This document shows, one piece after another, positions 29,385 through 32,000 of a stretch of DNA of 32,000 bases (position 1 is its first letter; each line of letters opens with the position of its first letter). The translations under genes and the position numbers were made by a program. This stretch comes from Candidatus Saccharimonadota bacterium (GTDB taxonomy: Bacteria; Pseudomonadota; Alphaproteobacteria; Rickettsiales; Anaplasmataceae): contig NZ_CP046580.1 of assembly GCF_013365495.1 (NCBI RefSeq), positions 390,001 through 422,000 of the forward strand, written 5' to 3'. The notes under the pieces were generated by a model. The model had not been told where the DNA came from and did no database searches. It saw nothing but the letters and a program-made list of their open reading frames with translations.

Positions 29385-30812
29385 TTATAATTCAGTTCCT
29401 CCTACTATAATTGAGTCAACTTTTAGTGTTGGTTGACCAACTCCAACTGGTATGTTTTGTCCATTTTTTGAACATATACCAATACCTGGATCTAGTTTTA
29501 AATCATTACCAACCATAGATATTTTTTTTAACACTGTTGGACCGTCACCAATTAGTGTTGTACCTTTTACTGGCTGTGTAACTTTACCATTTTCTATTAA
29601 GTAAGCTTCTGAGGATGAAAAAACAAATTTTCCTGAAGTGATATCAACTTGCCCACCACCAAAATTGACTGCATATAAGCCTTTTTTCACGCTAGATATT
29701 ATTTCTTTTGGTGTATGCTTTCCTGGCAACATATAGGTATTTGTCATGCGTGGTATAGTGACTTTTTTATAGCTTTCTCTTCTACCGTTACCAGTAGGGT
29801 TTACACCCATAAGTTTAGCATTCATACTATCATGCATGTATTTTTTAAGAATTCCGTTTTCTATTAGTATATTACAACTAGGAGTAGTACCTTCGTCATC
29901 TATGCTGATAGAACCACATAAATTAGATAAAGTTCCGTTATCAACTATTGTAATAGTGTCAGCTGCTACTTGTTTACCAATAGAATTTGAAAATGCTGAA
30001 ACTCCTTTTCGATTGAAGTCACCCTCAAGTCCATGGCCTATAGCTTCATGTAATAATATTCCCGGACAACCTGGGCCTAAAACGACTGTCATTTCACCAG
30101 CTGGAGTGGGAATTGCTTCAAGATTTATTAGTGCTTGTTTTAGTGCCTGATTTGTAATTTTTTTCCACTTTTTTTCAGAGATAAATTTACTATATAAGTC
30201 TCTTCCCCCGTGTCCTGCATACCCTCTTTCAGTACGACCATTTTTTTCTACGATAACCAATACGTTAAAACGTACTAGAGGTCTAATATCATTTAATCTG
30301 TGATTATCCTTTATTATTTGTATAGCTTGCCATTCTCCACTAAGGGTTATTTTTACTTGCTTTACATAAGTATTTTTGGCTCTTATGTATTCGTTAACTT
30401 CATTGAGTAGTTTTATTTTTGTGGCAAGATCCATCTCAGTTATTGGGTTAGTTTGTGGATATAGACTTTTTGTCTTCTCTTTTAAGCTTATTGAATTTAT
30501 TTTATTTAAAGGTAACGAATTTTTTATTATAGAAGCTGCGTTGCTAATTTCTTTTTCACTAATTTCAGAAGAACAAATAAAAGATGCACTGCTTTCGCAA
30601 AAAAGCCTTAAACTAAAGCCTCTTCTGATATTTGAATCCATATATTTTAGTATGTTATTATCAAAAGTTAAGGATTCTGATTGGCAAAACTCTAAAAATA
30701 GCTCACCACCATCACTATTGTTTAAAGCATCATTAACTATTTTATATATATTATTAACATTAACATTACTTTGAGCAAAAAATATTTGATCTAGATTTAT
30801 ATTATCTGACAT
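29385..30812 (-). CDS. tldD: Metalloprotease TldD
   Basis: 475 aa. It has the HEAIGHGLEGD zinc motif, and its length and C-terminal GQPTLKVDSIIVGG are typical of TldD. No pmbA/tldE is adjacent. Confidence 0.9.
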   Translation of the reverse strand: MSDNINLDQIFFAQSNVNVNNIYKIVNDALNNSDGGELFLEFCQSESLTFDNNILKYMDSNIRRGFSLRLFCESSASFICSSEISEKEISNAASIIKNSLPLNKINSISLKEKTKSLYPQTNPITEMDLATKIKLLNEVNEYIRAKNTYVKQVKITLSGEWQAIQIIKDNHRLNDIRPLVRFNVLVIVEKNGRTERGYAGHGGRDLYSKFISEKKWKKITNQALKQALINLEAIPTPAGEMTVVLGPGCPGILLHEAIGHGLEGDFNRKGVSAFSNSIGKQVAADTITIVDNGTLSNLCGSISIDDEGTTPSCNILIENGILKKYMHDSMNAKLMGVNPTGNGRRESYKKVTIPRMTNTYMLPGKHTPKEIISSVKKGLYAVNFGGGQVDITSGKFVFSSSEAYLIENGKVTQPVKGTTLIGDGPTVLKKISMVGNDLKLDPGIGICSKNGQNIPVGVGQPTLKVDSIIVGGTEL

Positions 30813-31775
30813 AATCTTTAAAATTAAAAGTTATTCAAGTGTATTATTTAATTTTAATATAGTAAACTATAAAAGTTTAGTGGAAAAATTGGAAACGCTC
30901 TAACTTCCTGGTGCTAAGTAACTTTTAAGCCATGAGTTCTAAATTTTCTTTTTGTCATTCTCAACTTTTATATTATTTCATTAATGAATTGATATTATGA
31001 TATGAAGTATATTTGTTTAGGTTTATAAATTTTAGAAAAAAATAGAGACTGTATAAAAAAACATGAACCTCGGTCCCAAGCATTTAGCCAGTGTATTATT
31101 AATACTTTCTTAACTTATATTTTCAAGTTTTATGCTATTATTTTTACTATTTTTTACTTTAAAGTAGTGTATGGGAAGATTGTTCAGAGACTATATAAGC
31201 AAAGCATGATTAGAGAAAAGTAAGAGGTTATTATCATTGTGTATTAATAATTAATTATTTAGCTTATATAATATTACCATTATATTAATAATTTGTCAAT
31301 ATAGTAGATTTTATGAATTCTTTTGAAGAAAGTTGTAAAGTTTAATTATATATAAGCTTTTTCAAGCAGAGTGTATTTTGCCTTTTTTTGATAGCGTAAA
31401 TTATATAGTGTCTGAATTTAATAAGATTAAAGAAGTTTGTAGATTGTAATCAGATATAGTAATTGAATATAGTGAAGGGCAGTTGGTGCTGAGAAACATT
31501 AAAGGAATAATTTAAGGATGAATGGTGCAGTGGTACTTATAAAATCTTTAATAATAAAATAGGAGGTAAAGTTAGTAATGAATAAGACAATAACTTTTAA
31601 TAAAAAAGAATTAATGTTTGTGCTTAAAATTAAGAATAGTTTATAATGAGGTAATAAAAGTTAGAAAACTTTAGTTATGTAATCTAATACTTTTATTAAT
31701 TACTATATTTTAAGTTTTTTATCCAGTAATCTGTATATGAAGGTATCATTTTATCTATAGGTAAAGTAAGTTAGA

Positions 31776-32000
31776 ATGAAGTCTATATTATTAACTAGAC
31801 CTTTATTAGATTCACTGAATACAAGAAATATGCTGAGAAAACATGGATATGAAGTATACATAGAGCCAGTGTTTACAATAAAATATTTACAGCCTGACAT
31901 ATCTACATATGAATTTGATGTAATAATATCTACAAGTAAAAATAGTGTAAAGGCATTTACTCAAATATGTAAGATGGATGATCTTCCGATAGTTGCAGTG
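31776..32000 (+). CDS. hemD: Probable uroporphyrinogen-III synthase (HemD), 3' end outside the window
   Basis: From the ATG at 31776 the frame stays open for 75 codons to the window edge: MKSILLTRPLLDSLNTRNMLRKHGYEVYIEPVFTIKYL...VIISTSKNSVKAF. The ILxTRP start and the xTSxNxV motif resemble HemD. It is absent from the ORF track because it is open-ended. Confidence 0.5.
   Translation, partial: MKSILLTRPLLDSLNTRNMLRKHGYEVYIEPVFTIKYLQPDISTYEFDVIISTSKNSVKAFTQICKMDDLPIVAV

Noticed and set aside
30881-30950. A tRNA-like fragment on the - strand. The reverse complement contains gttagagcg, reminiscent of a D-loop, in a slightly GC-richer patch.
   Set aside because: I can draw no acceptor stem, anticodon arm or GTTCRA T-loop around it. 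No other spacer contains a GC-rich ~75-nt island either, so I call no tRNA.

Overview
Organism (inference): the window is visibly AT-rich (not computed). Its gene set (MEP-pathway ispG, pyrE, scattered heme genes hemC/hemH/hemD, malonyl-CoA decarboxylase, a putative gshA, hslVU) and its kb-scale ORF-free spacers look like an obligate-intracellular alphaproteobacterium of the Anaplasmataceae, most like a low-coding-density Ehrlichia.

Content: I support 23 CDSs. In order they are yebC (5'-partial), malonyl-CoA decarboxylase, lepA, ispG, an exported Lys-rich orphan, murB, hemC, secD, pyrE, ubiB, znuC, znuA, ndk, a membrane orphan, hemH, a second membrane orphan, a gshA-like gene, hslV, hslU, a polA N-terminal fragment, a hairpin-membrane orphan, tldD and hemD (3'-partial). 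I could not recognise any tRNA, rRNA, known ncRNA, CRISPR array, transposase, integrase or phage gene.

No novel multi-gene system: I do not see a convincing one (defence, secretion or biosynthetic cluster). The genes are scattered housekeeping functions.

What is unusual:
- About 9 kb (~28% by coordinate arithmetic) is ORF-free. It is concentrated in six spacers of 0.43-2.95 kb, and several show a strand-composition switch suggestive of eroded genes.
- polA stops after the 5'-3' exonuclease and a vestigial 3'-5' exonuclease-like region, with no polymerase domain.
- hslU has a ~65-aa N-terminal extension carrying a perfect-frame 18-bp x3 tandem repeat.
- murB is intact, overlaps hemC, and has Cys at the conserved GS-x-FKNP serine.
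- The divergent znuC and znuA start codons overlap head-to-head, leaving no intergenic DNA.
- Four lineage-specific orphan ORFs are present, one with an Inc-like bilobed hydrophobic hairpin.

All functional calls rest on my reading of the translated ORFs. No searches were run.
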